Assembly: GCF_037042905.1 (NCBI RefSeq)
Contig: NC_087250.1
Coordinates: 27,592,001 to 27,656,000 of the forward strand
Direction: 5' to 3'
Origin: Lytechinus pictus
Taxonomy: Eukaryota
DNA length: 64,000 nt
The stretch's first letter is position 1. Each line of letters starts with the position of its first letter. Positions 1 through 11,417 of the stretch are shown piece after piece. The notes below the pieces were generated by a model. That model was not told the origin of the DNA. It searched no databases and saw only the letters and a program-made list of their open reading frames with translations. A program made the position numbers and the translations under genes.

Positions 1-111
1 ATACCCTCGTAATTTTTTGTTCAAATGTTTTTTTAAATTCATTTTAACTTTTCTTGCGGTTTTTTTTTGTTTTTGTTTTAGGTAGGCTACTGTCCCTATT
101 TTCTCTTCATC

Positions 112-1780
112 ATGGCGTCTAAGTTCCCAACAAAGAAGGGTGGAGAGGTCGAGCTTCGTACAAGGAAAGGTCATGACATGACCTGGTCATGTGACAAGCA
201 TGGTGAGCCAATCAAATTTTACTGTAAGAAACACAAAATTCCTATTTGTCATCCATGCGCTACCAAAGATCACAGTCAGAAACCATGTGAGCTAGACGAC
301 ATCGAGGATGTCATCTTCGAAAGGAGAAGACAGCTAGATGAAAAACGGCCAAAAGTTCAAGGACTTCACAAACAATTGGAAGCCCTCAGCACGAAAATAA
401 AGACTGTGTCAACGTCTGGAAGTACTCATCTTCGGACAATTGACAACAACATTCAAGATTCATATCACGACAAGATCGATTCTGTTGGAGAATCAGGAGA
501 ACAGGATGATTAGGGTTATTAACGAGGAGGCAGATGAGGAAATAAGACTAGTAAATGAGAAGAGAGAAAAACGGATCAAGGATTGCAACACCGAGAGAGA
601 AAATGAGCGACAAATCATCAAACACAAAGAAGCAAAACTTCTAGCAGATGCAAAGAAAATCAGCGAAGTTGTTGCTAAGAAGATCAAAGATCTGACTGAT
701 AAGAATCAGCATGTAATAAACACTGTAGAGAACATTGAATCAACCATCACACGTATTAACCAACATGATGAAACATTGGTGAATGAAGCTCCTCAAGTAC
801 TTGCATCTATTGATGAAAATTTAAGTTTGAATGTTCATCAAGATGTTAGCGACTGTCTTGACCGAATACAGAATGAAGTTGAGAGAATGAAGTTTGTAGA
901 GAGGGAAGTAGGTGGAGAATACTATGGTAGAATTGGTGGGTATATCGGTAAATGGGAACTTGTCAAGTCAATTCACATTCCATCGGTTGTTAATAACCCG
1001 TGTGCGCGTGGTTTAGTCAGTGATGATGAGATATGTGTGCAAGTACGTAACAGTGACATGTATATTACAAACATCAACACTCAACACACAGAGAAAGTCA
1101 TTGATGGAGGTGTGTGGATTACATCATATGCGCCCATAAACAGTAACGTAATAGTATGTGGTAAGGAGAGAGAAACTGATGATTGCACGGATGGCAGGTT
1201 GAATGGATGCATCACTCTCTATGACAGACAATGGAAGGTGATTAGAGACATCAGCATACCAAGGAATGGATACGATAGTCGTGTGTATGTTGATGTTGAC
1301 AGGGATGGGATGATCATCGCTGGTCAGTTCAATCAGTCTAATATCTACGTCATCAATCCTGCTGATGATAAGATAGTAAACACTATTACGATGCAGGGTA
1401 AGGAGGTGTGGGGTGAGATACAAGCCTTGTCATCAGGTGATATCGTTGTGGAGACAGGTGGTAATGGATTCACTGTCATCTCACGATCAGGAGAAGAGAA
1501 GGCTGTCATACACTGTGATGAGTGGGGCTGGAGCTCAGAGTGTCTCGTTGACAAACTGACAGACACACTCTACATCGCGTACAGGGATAGAGCGCGTAAG
1601 ACATACGCAGTTGATCAGGTGTCACGTGATGGTATCATCCAGGCAAGGAGGATCGTGGAATACGTGCAATCATCAGATCGCCCAGTCTACAGCAGTCTAT
1701 GTCTTGTTACTCCTTCTGGTAACTTCGTAGGGTGTGATGGAGACAAACTTCTTCTCTACAAGAAGACATTAATCTTGTAA
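112..1780 (+). pseudogene. B-box / coiled-coil / beta-propeller (RING-less TRIM/NHL-like) gene, copy A, with a +1 frameshift near 493
   Basis: ORFs 112-513 and 440-1780 together align end to end with intact ORF 54513-56165. B-box motif CDKH...FYCKKH..PICHPC...DH. Copy A reads GGAGAATCAGGAG where copy B reads GGAGAAAAGGAG (one extra base). Polypyrimidine tract and AG acceptor at 81. Could be an assembly error instead of a pseudogene. Confidence 0.75.
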
Positions 1781-3435
1781 ATCATCTAGACTATCAAAGG
1801 AATCATATCGGATTTGTAAGAGAAATATAGACCAGAGATTTGTTTTCACTTTTACTTCCATTTCAATTTACGTCATTCTAGCTCTATATGTACGTGACTA
1901 CATTCATATACACATGGCAATGGTGTGTATAATGTTGTATCAATCCATATCAAATAGAAAACTGTCGCTAATGTCCACTCCGTCTACATTTAGGTCTGTA
2001 ATGAATGCACTCAGATCCAAATGAATAGTACTCGTAACCTGAACAAAATAAATGCAAAATGTGTTAACGAATTGCCTACTTGAACCAGATGGTTATTGTA
2101 GAAAGTATTTTAGAATGGCTGAATTCAGTATTGAACGTGTTAATAACTGATTTCTGTGAAGTGAACCCGATCATTTACCAAACAACATTTCGTTCAATTT
2201 CATTCGATGTTATTCTCCTAATAGTGATCGGGTTATTCCTCGATTAAAATTGCTCTCAATTTTAAGGTATTTGATTCGAATCAATTCATCAGGACCCCAT
2301 TTCATAAAAAAAATGTTGGCTATGAAAACAACTCTTGCTAAAATGTCAATTACCATGACAACAATAACGATTCTGCTTCCTGATTGGCTGATCCAATGAA
2401 ATTTGATATTCAAACTGGAGTTGTTATCATAGCCAGGTTTAATGAAATGGTACCCTGGTTGATTTGATTTTTTTTTATTCTGTGGTAAAAAAAAAAAAAG
2501 TGGGAAGGGGTCAAAACTGTATGAAATAGAAGTTTCGTAATGTACACAACCCCCCCCCTCATGAAGTTAGATTAAAATAAGATAAAATCTCGTAAATAAT
2601 GGTGTTAATTTCATAGGGTTCTTGTTTAGTCTACATTCATATGACAATATGAAGGGAAAGGGATAATGTTTCCCGTATAATTCTTTTTTTCGCCAATAAA
2701 ATATTCTCTAGTCATGTATAACAAAATAGGTGAGATTTTTCTCAAAAATATTTAGCACACGGTATATTCATCATATTCCTGAAAGAATTGCATCATATTA
2801 CTTATTTCAATCAGTTCATTTTTCTTCGCTTGTACAACTTTATTTTATCCTCATATCGCTTAATATTTTCAACATAGATTACTGATTAATTGTATCCCTA
2901 CACGAATAATATCATCTTACACATTGGCTACCTGACTTTCAAATCTTAAGTAACAATGATATGGAAGTGAAACATTTTTTAAAAATAGGTATTTGTGTCG
3001 ACGTTCTGTAATGATGTGTTCGCATTACTACGTTCAGTTATGTTTATCAACATCATGAAATTATGTCAAATTAATTTCATTATAAAGATCATATGTCAAT
3101 AAAAAAAAACACATGATAGGCTAGCGTACAATGCTGTAAATAAATAAAACAGGAATCTATTTTGTTTAACAGACAGGATTAGATAATTTGTCAAATATCT
3201 GCCCATAATGTAGCTTTTGTTCGTGGTTTCATGTTAATATAATATATAACTCGATTCAATCCATTTGTTTATTTTGTTTCTATTTTAAATTGTGTTTAGT
3301 GTGTAAACTGGAAGTCTATTCCAGAGGCATTAGCTAAAGTGAATATTCTTAAGATGAAAATGGTTGTATTCTTCTGATCATAATTTATTTACATTGTAGT
3401 AATCCTTATACATGTGCCCCCTATATCTCTCTCTT

Positions 3436-4022
3436 CAAGTTTACCCCGACAAAAAATGATTTGAATAAAAAGAGAAAAATCCAACAAGCATAACACTGAA
3501 AATTTCATCAAAATCGGATGTAAAATAAGAAAGTTATGACATTTTAAAGTTTCGCTTAATTTCACATAACAGTTATATGCACATCCTGGTCGGTATGCAA
3601 ATGAGGAGACTGGTGATGTCATCCACTCACTATTTCTTTTGTATTTTATTATATGAGATATGAAATATTCTAATTTTCTCCTAATAGTCAAGTGAAACAG
3701 TGATTAATTCCTCACTGAACATGTGGAATTAGCATTGTTAATACTATATGGTTCAGTCAAGTCTGTCCCTATGGTCAAATCTGTGAAAATGAAATATTGT
3801 ATAATTCAAACAATAAAAAAAAAAAAAGAAATAGTGAGTGATGGACATCATCAACTGACTCACCTAGTTGTGCATATCACTTTTTTGTGAAAAATAAGCG
3901 AAACTTTAAAATGCCATAACTTTCTTGTTTTACATCTGGTTTTGATGACATTTTCAGTGTTATGCTAGTTTGATTTTTCTCTACATATTCAAATCAATAT
4001 TTTGCTGGGGTGGACTTGACCT
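3436..4022. mobile_element. TTAA-type (Kolobok-like) MITE, left end eroded
   Basis: Long imperfect palindrome ending GGGGTGGACTTGACCT|TTAA; same family as 51324-51926. Confidence 0.75.
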
Positions 4023-4448
4023 TTAACCCCCAAATTAGCCCTTTTACTGTATAATACGACATGGGTATCCATGTTGCTGTAATAAGTTGTATATAAATCG
4101 TTATTGTTCAAGGTGTGTTGTTTTAAGGTAGGAGTATATCATTTTTCAAAAGAAAAAAATCCAACCGAATTTATTCTTACAATAATCAACTTTGTACAGG
4201 TTAAGTTTAGCTAGAGTTTACGCTTTATTTCAACTATCAATTCAATTGCCCGTTATTGTCTATATAGTATATAGGTTATTGAAAGTTCGTTCCTAAAAAT
4301 GGAACGGGATATAGTGCTATATGTCTACATTTTCTTCCGGTGATATGTCAGATCTAACGATTTTTCTTGTTTTTGATTGGCTGAGAAGCGCTGTTACTAT
4401 GGGTTATGTCAAATGAAACGCTTGACAATCCAAACTTTTTTTTTATTT

Positions 4449-6600
4449 GCTCAATATTTGTTGTTTGATCTTATACAGCTAATTACAATTTTCTTCATAA
4501 AACTAGGAAAACTAATGTACATAATGAACATTTATATTATGATATAACATGTATAATGTGATGATTTTAGTATCTATTATTTCAAGTGTATATTGCAAGA
4601 TGAGTATAAACTATACTTTTTGTTTTTAAAATGATATATTTTCATTATACTTTGTTGTGAATTACTAACACTATTGAATAGAAAAAAAACAACGTTTGTT
4701 GATGTATAGATTTAAATCGAGACGAAATTATTCTTACCTACTTGAAAGCTGAAAATAGTCAAGAGAAAATAGTTCGGAAATATCTTTCTTTACTGTGAGT
4801 TAATGTATTTAGTAAATTTCGAGAATTTTTTGCCAATGCAATATACAGTGCGTCCCACAAAAAACGAAACCGAGATTTATCGATGATTTATCATAACTTA
4901 ATCACCAATAAAATAGACAAATGACCTACCATTGTAAAGCTTAGAATCTCTTCTTTCATCTGCAATTACTTAAATAATTTTTTATTCACGCATGAGTGAG
5001 TAAAAACAATTTGAAGAGGGGATACCAAAAAGTCATTTGGCGGGCTGTATCTGGATTTCAAAATAGAAAACCGCATTTTGAAAAAGTTCAATATCTGCTC
5101 TTTAAATTGATACCTCAATTACAGAAAATGGTCAAGAAATAACACAGTTCTGGTTATTTGAAATAAGGTTTGAATTTCAATAATTTCATAAAAGGAAGAG
5201 GTTTTACAGGCTAGCGTTCAAACTCACTCGACACTCCGTTTTAGTGACTATCAGCCATGCATTAAGTCTTTTGTTAACTGTGCACTGGCTTCTGTGGGAA
5301 ACCGGTGAAAACACGTTTATTTAATGAAATTATGGAAATTCAAGCATTGTTTCGAGGGAACAGAACCTTTTTACTTCTTGACAATTTTTTGTGATTAAGG
5401 TATCAAATAAAAGAGCAGATATTTAACTTTTTAGGCATGTGATTTTCTTTTTGAAATTCAGATACCCCCGCCAAATGAGTTTTTGGTATCCTTTCTTCAT
5501 ATTGTTTTTGCTCACTCATGCGTGAATGAGGAATAATCTAAGTAATATCAGATGAAAGAGGATATCCTAAGCTTTACATTGATAGGTCATTTGTCTATTG
5601 TATTTATGATTAAGTTATGATAAATCATCGCTAAATGTCGGTTTCGTTTTTTGTGGGACGCACTGCATAGTGATTTATAAATTACTGTTCTAATTATCAA
5701 CCGATCGGAAGAAATATCTAAGATTTTAAATTGATCAAAAATACATGGTGTATTTTGAAGTTATTATCATAGTTATGAAGAGGGTGTTTTTAATACACAA
5801 ATGATCACGTACTATTATAATCAAGAAATTTTGTCAGCATAAATGAAAATAAATGTCAAACAAAATACCGACTTTACATGCTCAATATATGATATTTAAT
5901 ATATACAGCTGATTATAATTCGCTTCATAAAACTTGGGAAACTATTGTACATAACATGCATAATGAACATTATTATGATATAATGTATATCATGATATCT
6001 ATTATTTTCAAGTGTATATTGAAGGATGAGTAGAAAGTATAAGTTTGCTTTTGATATAATATATTTTCATTATTTTTCATACTTTGTTGTGAATTACTAA
6101 CATTGTTGAATAGGAAAAAAAAGCCAATGCTTGTTGTTGTATAGACTTAAATCAAGACGAAATTAATCTTAAATACTTGAGAGCTGAAAATAGTCATGTG
6201 AAAATAGTTAGGAAATATCTTTCTTTACTGTGGGCTAATGTATTTAGTATATTTCGAGAAATGTTTGCCAATGCAATATATATATGATATAGTTGTATAA
6301 AAATTACTGATCAAAACACCAATTATCAACCGATCTAACTATCTCTTTACTATGGGTTATCTACTACATTTCGAGAAAAGCTTACCAATCCACAATCAGT
6401 TGTATGCACATTATTCATCTAAAAACCAAGTATCAACCGATCTGAATAAATGCTTAATATTTTTAAACTGATCGAAATCTTTGCATTTTTTTTTAGGTCA
6501 TTATCATGGTGATGGGGAGGGTGATTTTAATGCACAAAATTATCATGTGATGTTATAATCAAATAATTTTGTCAGCATAAACGAAATTAAATGTAAAAAA
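4449..6600 (+). repeat. Local tandem duplication (units ~4449-5879 and ~5880-6600)
   Basis: Shared TATACAGCT, ATACTTTGTTGTGAATTACTAACA and GGAAATATCTTTCTTTACTGTG segments. The first unit carries the MITE. Confidence 0.75.
4846..5665. mobile_element. Tc1/mariner-like MITE with long TIRs
   Basis: CAGTGCGTCCCACAAAAAACGAAACCGA...TCGGTTTCGTTTTTTGTGGGACGCACTG, TA on the left and CA on the right. The adjacent tandem copy (~6275) shows the empty site. Confidence 0.85.
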
Positions 6601-9181
6601 ACCGACTCTATATGCAGTTCATATTTGTGATTTACAAATGATTTTATTGGACATGTAGGACTGATGGTAACAGACGAAGGGGGGGGGGGGTGAGAAGATA
6701 AAGGGAAAAGAGAGGGGGTGACAAAGTGGAGGGGAGTGAGAGATTTAAAAAATGGAGAGACGAGGAAAGTAAAGATTGAAAAAAAAAGATAGAGAAAAAA
6801 ATATATATATGAAAATAAAAGGATAAAGAGACGCGGAAAGGAAAGGGATAGAAAAGATGAGAGAGAGGGGGGGGGGGAGAGAAAGATAGAAGAAGGGGAG
6901 AGAAAAGAATGGAGAGACAGTGAGAATAAAGACTGAGAAAGAGCGAGAGAGAGAGAAGTGGAGGAGTGAGAAGGAGAAATGGAGAGACAAGGTGAATACA
7001 GATGGAATAAGAGAGAGAGAAAGAGAGAAGAAGAAGAAGAACTACCGAGAGACAAGGAACGATAGAGAGAGAAAGGGGGAAGGGGACGGGCTGAATTTGA
7101 GTTTGTATTTGTATTTTCCTTTCTTAGGAAACAAAGAAACATTACATTACAAAGTGAAATACATCACAAACCATGTCAATCATAAAAATTCATAACAGAA
7201 TTGAAGAAAGGATGAATTTGAATTCCGTATAGATAGATCTGGCTTCGTCGAAATTAAGTAAAAGGAAACATAACTGAGGGGCTTGCCAAGAACGAATAGA
7301 GATAAAAAAAAAAAATAGAAAAGAGTTAGAGAGAGAAAGAGGGGGGGGGGGAACAATCAGAACGCTACTTTTTTGCTTCACTGGGAAATTTTGTACGATT
7401 AAATAATATTAAATTATATTAAAGGGATGATCCAGGCTGAAAATGTTTATAATAACTAAATAGAGTAGAATCCACAAAGCCAAATGCCGAAAATTTCATT
7501 AAAATCGGATAACAAATAAGGAAGTTATTGAATTTTAATTTGTCTAATTTTAAATATTTTGTGAAAACAGTTATTTGCATATGGTCATGATTATTCATTA
7601 GGTGGGCTGATGATGGGGGGGGTCAAGTATATCTAACACAAAATAATGTATACACTGACAGAGCAACGCACGTTGCTTATTGAATCACCCATTGAAAGTG
7701 AATTTCTTCTTCTTTAGAAACCACCCAGTAATGGCTTCCATAAAGTGACAGTGATCTGAAGTCGGGTATCATCTATCGGGAATCCACCTTCATGTCTATC
7801 CATTCTACGTCAAAAGATGGCGCTCTTTCATGTCTACATTACACACACATTGAATCACTTGATGAAGATGTGATTTCTGACATTAATAAAATCAGTTGAA
7901 ATCAGAAGTCCTAGCAGTCTACATTGAAGCTGAAATGAAACGATTGATTTCCGTAATGCTAATACGCTAAAGACACACTCCCTCACTCCTCACTTTTTTC
8001 CTTGCACAGAGCAAATATGCAACTAAATAGCTCATGAAATAAATTCGATGAGATTAAGGAATACCCCCCCCCCCCCCCATTGCCCAATTGGCAAGCATAC
8101 ACTGTTACTTTACAAACATGCATGTCAGGTCAAAATTTTTATGCAATAGGAAGATCAAATGAAATATTTTCAAACTGAGAATGTCGTCTTCCATTATAAT
8201 CGTTGGAGGAATCATGTCGGGTTTTTTTTGGTGAGGCACCGATCCCTTAGATATGACAAATAAGCTGGAGGTTTCGTGTTGAGATAGAAAGGCCAACGCA
8301 AAAAGCAGGGTAAAAACATGGTGTTGTGATCATGTATCAAGATGCTCAAAGCTACCCGTCACAGGCTGAAAATAATATAGAGTAATACTCACTTACCAAA
8401 ATGCTGAAAATTTTCATTAAAATATTATTACAAAATACTGCTGTTAGTGTATTTTAATGGGCTGGTGATATCACGTCCAGTGCCATAGAAAGGACTTTTC
8501 AAATAGCGGGTGCTGGGGGATTCGTTAAAAAAATTGTTAACTAGATGATGCCCGAGGGGATTTCGGTAACTAAAAAAAAAGAAGCAAGAAAAAAAAAAAA
8601 TAATAAATAAATAAATAAATAAATGAATATATAAATAAATAAATAAATAAATAAGTTTCTGCTGCCAAATGTTCCTCTATTTCAATCATTTTTTTTTCTT
8701 GTCAACTTGATGGCAATGGAGTGCTTCCTATGTGATAGCATACGCAACACCCTCTGAAAAATCATGAGGGGTGCTTCCGCATTCACCCCAGTACCCCCGC
8801 TTCATATTTTATTAAGTTATTAGATTAAATCATATTCCTCTACTATCTGAAGACTTGTTTGCATGATAAATATATTACACATTTAATCAGTAGTCAATTC
8901 ATGTTTTCCGTTCTTGGTGGACGAAATTTGACGAAATATAATTTTCCAAAAAAAAAAAAAAGAATAAGTGCGGATTAGTCTGCAGGCACAGACCCTGATT
9001 AGAACTTCGGCCAACCAGTGTGCCTCCACGCAAAGACTAGCACATACAAAACTTGCTGTTCCAAGATAACCTTCAGTACACAAGGCATATAAGTAGGCTG
9101 CACATTAAGACCCTTAACTCGAGTGAAGGGTTTGCCCAGCAGACTAAGTGCGGATAGACATCATCAACTTGTTCATTGTAT

Positions 9182-9835
9182 TGTAGCGAACCCGTCCGCT
9201 ACGGTTTTTAGTTATAATGCAGTAAACGTAGATGGCGCTATAGCAACGCACTGGTAAGGCAGCTCTCGGAGACTATAAATAGCGGAGTTTCGCGGTGATC
9301 TCGTCACTTCGACGCTGGCGGAGGTCGGAGTCGGACGAAGAACTCCCCGCGCTCCTCTCCAACTGGGCTGAATCAAGAAAAGGTTTGGAAATGAACATTG
9401 CTCGCTTAATTTCTACTATTGCAAATACAATTCTGGATAATTGGTGACGGTGTTAAAGGTGATAACATGTAAGAGATGCTGAATGTATAATTAAATTATG
9501 ACCGTTGTCATAAACCAAATGTAATCATCGTCTCCAACCTGTGTGATCTATGGAATCCGATTGACTTCTACAGTATAAGCCTTCCCATAGAGATTATACA
9601 GCTCCAATAGAAATCCCCTGTAATTCTATATTTCACCTGTTCACACTACCTCTCAACACTCCACCCCCATATATTTTGGGAAAACGGAACACGCCCGGGT
9701 CTCTACATAACGCCATACGGAAACCGCTCGCATTAAGGATGGCTAGCAATTCATCAACAGATGAAGGTGATAGAGGCAAGGGACAGGCCGGCCCCCGAGC
9801 ATCTAGGACCCGATCCAAGACGGAGGGCCGCCACA
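9182..9835 (+). repeat. 5' LTR (654 bp)
   Basis: TGTAGCG...CGCCACA. TATAAATA near 9274. Differs from the 3' LTR by about seven substitutions (by eye) plus indels. Confidence 0.95.
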
Positions 9836-9838
9836 CAA

Positions 9839-9856
9839 TGGTGTCAGGAGTGGGAT
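9839..9856 (+). promoter_or_regulatory. Primer binding site, tRNA-Leu(CAG)
   Basis: TGGTGTCAGGAGTGGGAT is the reverse complement of the metazoan tRNA-Leu(CAG) 3' end ATCCCACTCCTGACA-CCA; it lies 3 nt after the LTR. Confidence 0.9.
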
Positions 9857-11417
9857 GGAGAATGTGAGGACATCTGGAACAGATGGCAGCAATACTTCAG
9901 GGGATGAATCAGTTTCTACACATTCTGGAATCAAGTTATCTACCAGTAGGGGAAGAAGGCAGAAGACCGAGGCTCTGATGGAGATCGCACAGATGATGAA
10001 AAATCAAGCCAAGCTAGCTCAGGACGAGATGATGAAACAGCAAGCCAATGCCCAGGTTATGATGATGCAACAGGCTAAATCTATGCAAGCACAGATGGAA
10101 AAGCTGCTTCTATCATTCTCTAATGAGCAGAGTAAGCCTACCAGACGGATACGAAGAAAACTGAGTACTCGGGGAAGCACAGATAGGTCTACACAAACAG
10201 CATCATCAACTGAGGAGGAGGAAGTTCCATCCAATACTACGTGGCGGAATAGCAGAGGCAATCCTATTAATTCGCCAGTACAAAATGCTGCCAGGAAGAC
10301 GACATCACCAGCGGTGCAACCAACTGCTGTGCGAGACCCTCCAATTGATGACAGTAGGCTCCAGGCCATAATCCAGCAAGCATTGGAAGATACACTCCAA
10401 CATGGGCATACGTCAAAACCAAGGTCATCACAGGATGCCCAACAGAAGCCTAGGGGTACCCACTTTATCAAGCCAGACAAATATGATGGATGTTCATCAT
10501 GGACTGATTACAGCCAACATTTCGACTCATGCCGAGCAGTAAATGGCTGGGATGATGAAGAAGCGGGGAGGATCCTGGCATCATGCTTACGAGGTCAGGC
10601 ACTAAGGCTGCTACGGGAACAAAGGCATATGGTAGGCTTCAATGATCTGAAGAGAATGCTGGCCAATCGGTTCTCAGACAATAAACAGGCTGAGAATCAT
10701 TTACTAGAGCTGAAGCAAAGACAGAGACAGGAGGGCGAGACACTCAAGGAGCTTGCACAAAGCATCATAGAGCTCACGGCATTGGCCTACCCAGAGCTGG
10801 ATTTTGATGTCCGTGACAGATTGGCGAAGGGATACTTCATGGATGCCCTTGTGAAACCTAAGCTCAGAGAGGCAGTGTTCAACAACCAGTGTAAGACATT
10901 GGATGATATGGTACATGCTGCAGTGGTAGCTGAGGCCTTCCATCATTCTGAGGACCAGCGGAGCAGCAGGAAACCTAAGTACAGCAGGGCAATGACAAAG
11001 GAGAATGAGGAAGATGAATCAACCTCCGAACCAATTTCAGAAGTGAAAGCTATGGTAGCTACCTTGAAGGAAGAACTCTCCAAGCGTAATGCTGAGATGA
11101 CCACATTGAAGGAAGAATTGGTAGAGGCCATCAGGACTGCACTACAGCCACAACCTCAGACTGTGGTACCTAGTGACAAGCAACAGCAGAAGCAGAGAAA
11201 TTCAGACAAGTTTGATGGTAGCTGCTACTATTGTAGAAAGAAAGGCCACATGAAGAGGAAGTGCAAAAAGAGGATGAGAGACGAGGCTCAGATTCATCAA
11301 GCCGAGCAACAATATCAGAGCTCAACAAACGAAGTAAGGTCGCCCCAGGGGGGCATGGCGCGGCCGTGGAACCTGGAAGCACCAGCCCCTCAATACCAAA
11401 TGCCACACAGCCAATAG
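9855..11417 (+). CDS. gag: Gag (520 aa)
   Basis: Capsid-like KPDKYDG..W..Y...F......NGW motif and CCHC zinc knuckle CYYCRKKGHMKRKC; starts at the end of the PBS. Confidence 0.92.
   Translation: MENVRTSGTDGSNTSGDESVSTHSGIKLSTSRGRRQKTEALMEIAQMMKNQAKLAQDEMMKQQANAQVMMMQQAKSMQAQMEKLLLSFSNEQSKPTRRIRRKLSTRGSTDRSTQTASSTEEEEVPSNTTWRNSRGNPINSPVQNAARKTTSPAVQPTAVRDPPIDDSRLQAIIQQALEDTLQHGHTSKPRSSQDAQQKPRGTHFIKPDKYDGCSSWTDYSQHFDSCRAVNGWDDEEAGRILASCLRGQALRLLREQRHMVGFNDLKRMLANRFSDNKQAENHLLELKQRQRQEGETLKELAQSIIELTALAYPELDFDVRDRLAKGYFMDALVKPKLREAVFNNQCKTLDDMVHAAVVAEAFHHSEDQRSSRKPKYSRAMTKENEEDESTSEPISEVKAMVATLKEELSKRNAEMTTLKEELVEAIRTALQPQPQTVVPSDKQQQKQRNSDKFDGSCYYCRKKGHMKRKCKKRMRDEAQIHQAEQQYQSSTNEVRSPQGGMARPWNLEAPAPQYQMPHSQ

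Noticed and set aside
6543..7195. F/S/L-rich and K/E/R-rich ORFs (also 17501-18358, 53302-53571, 59469-60054)
   Set aside because: Translations of purine/pyrimidine low-complexity tracts and microsatellites.
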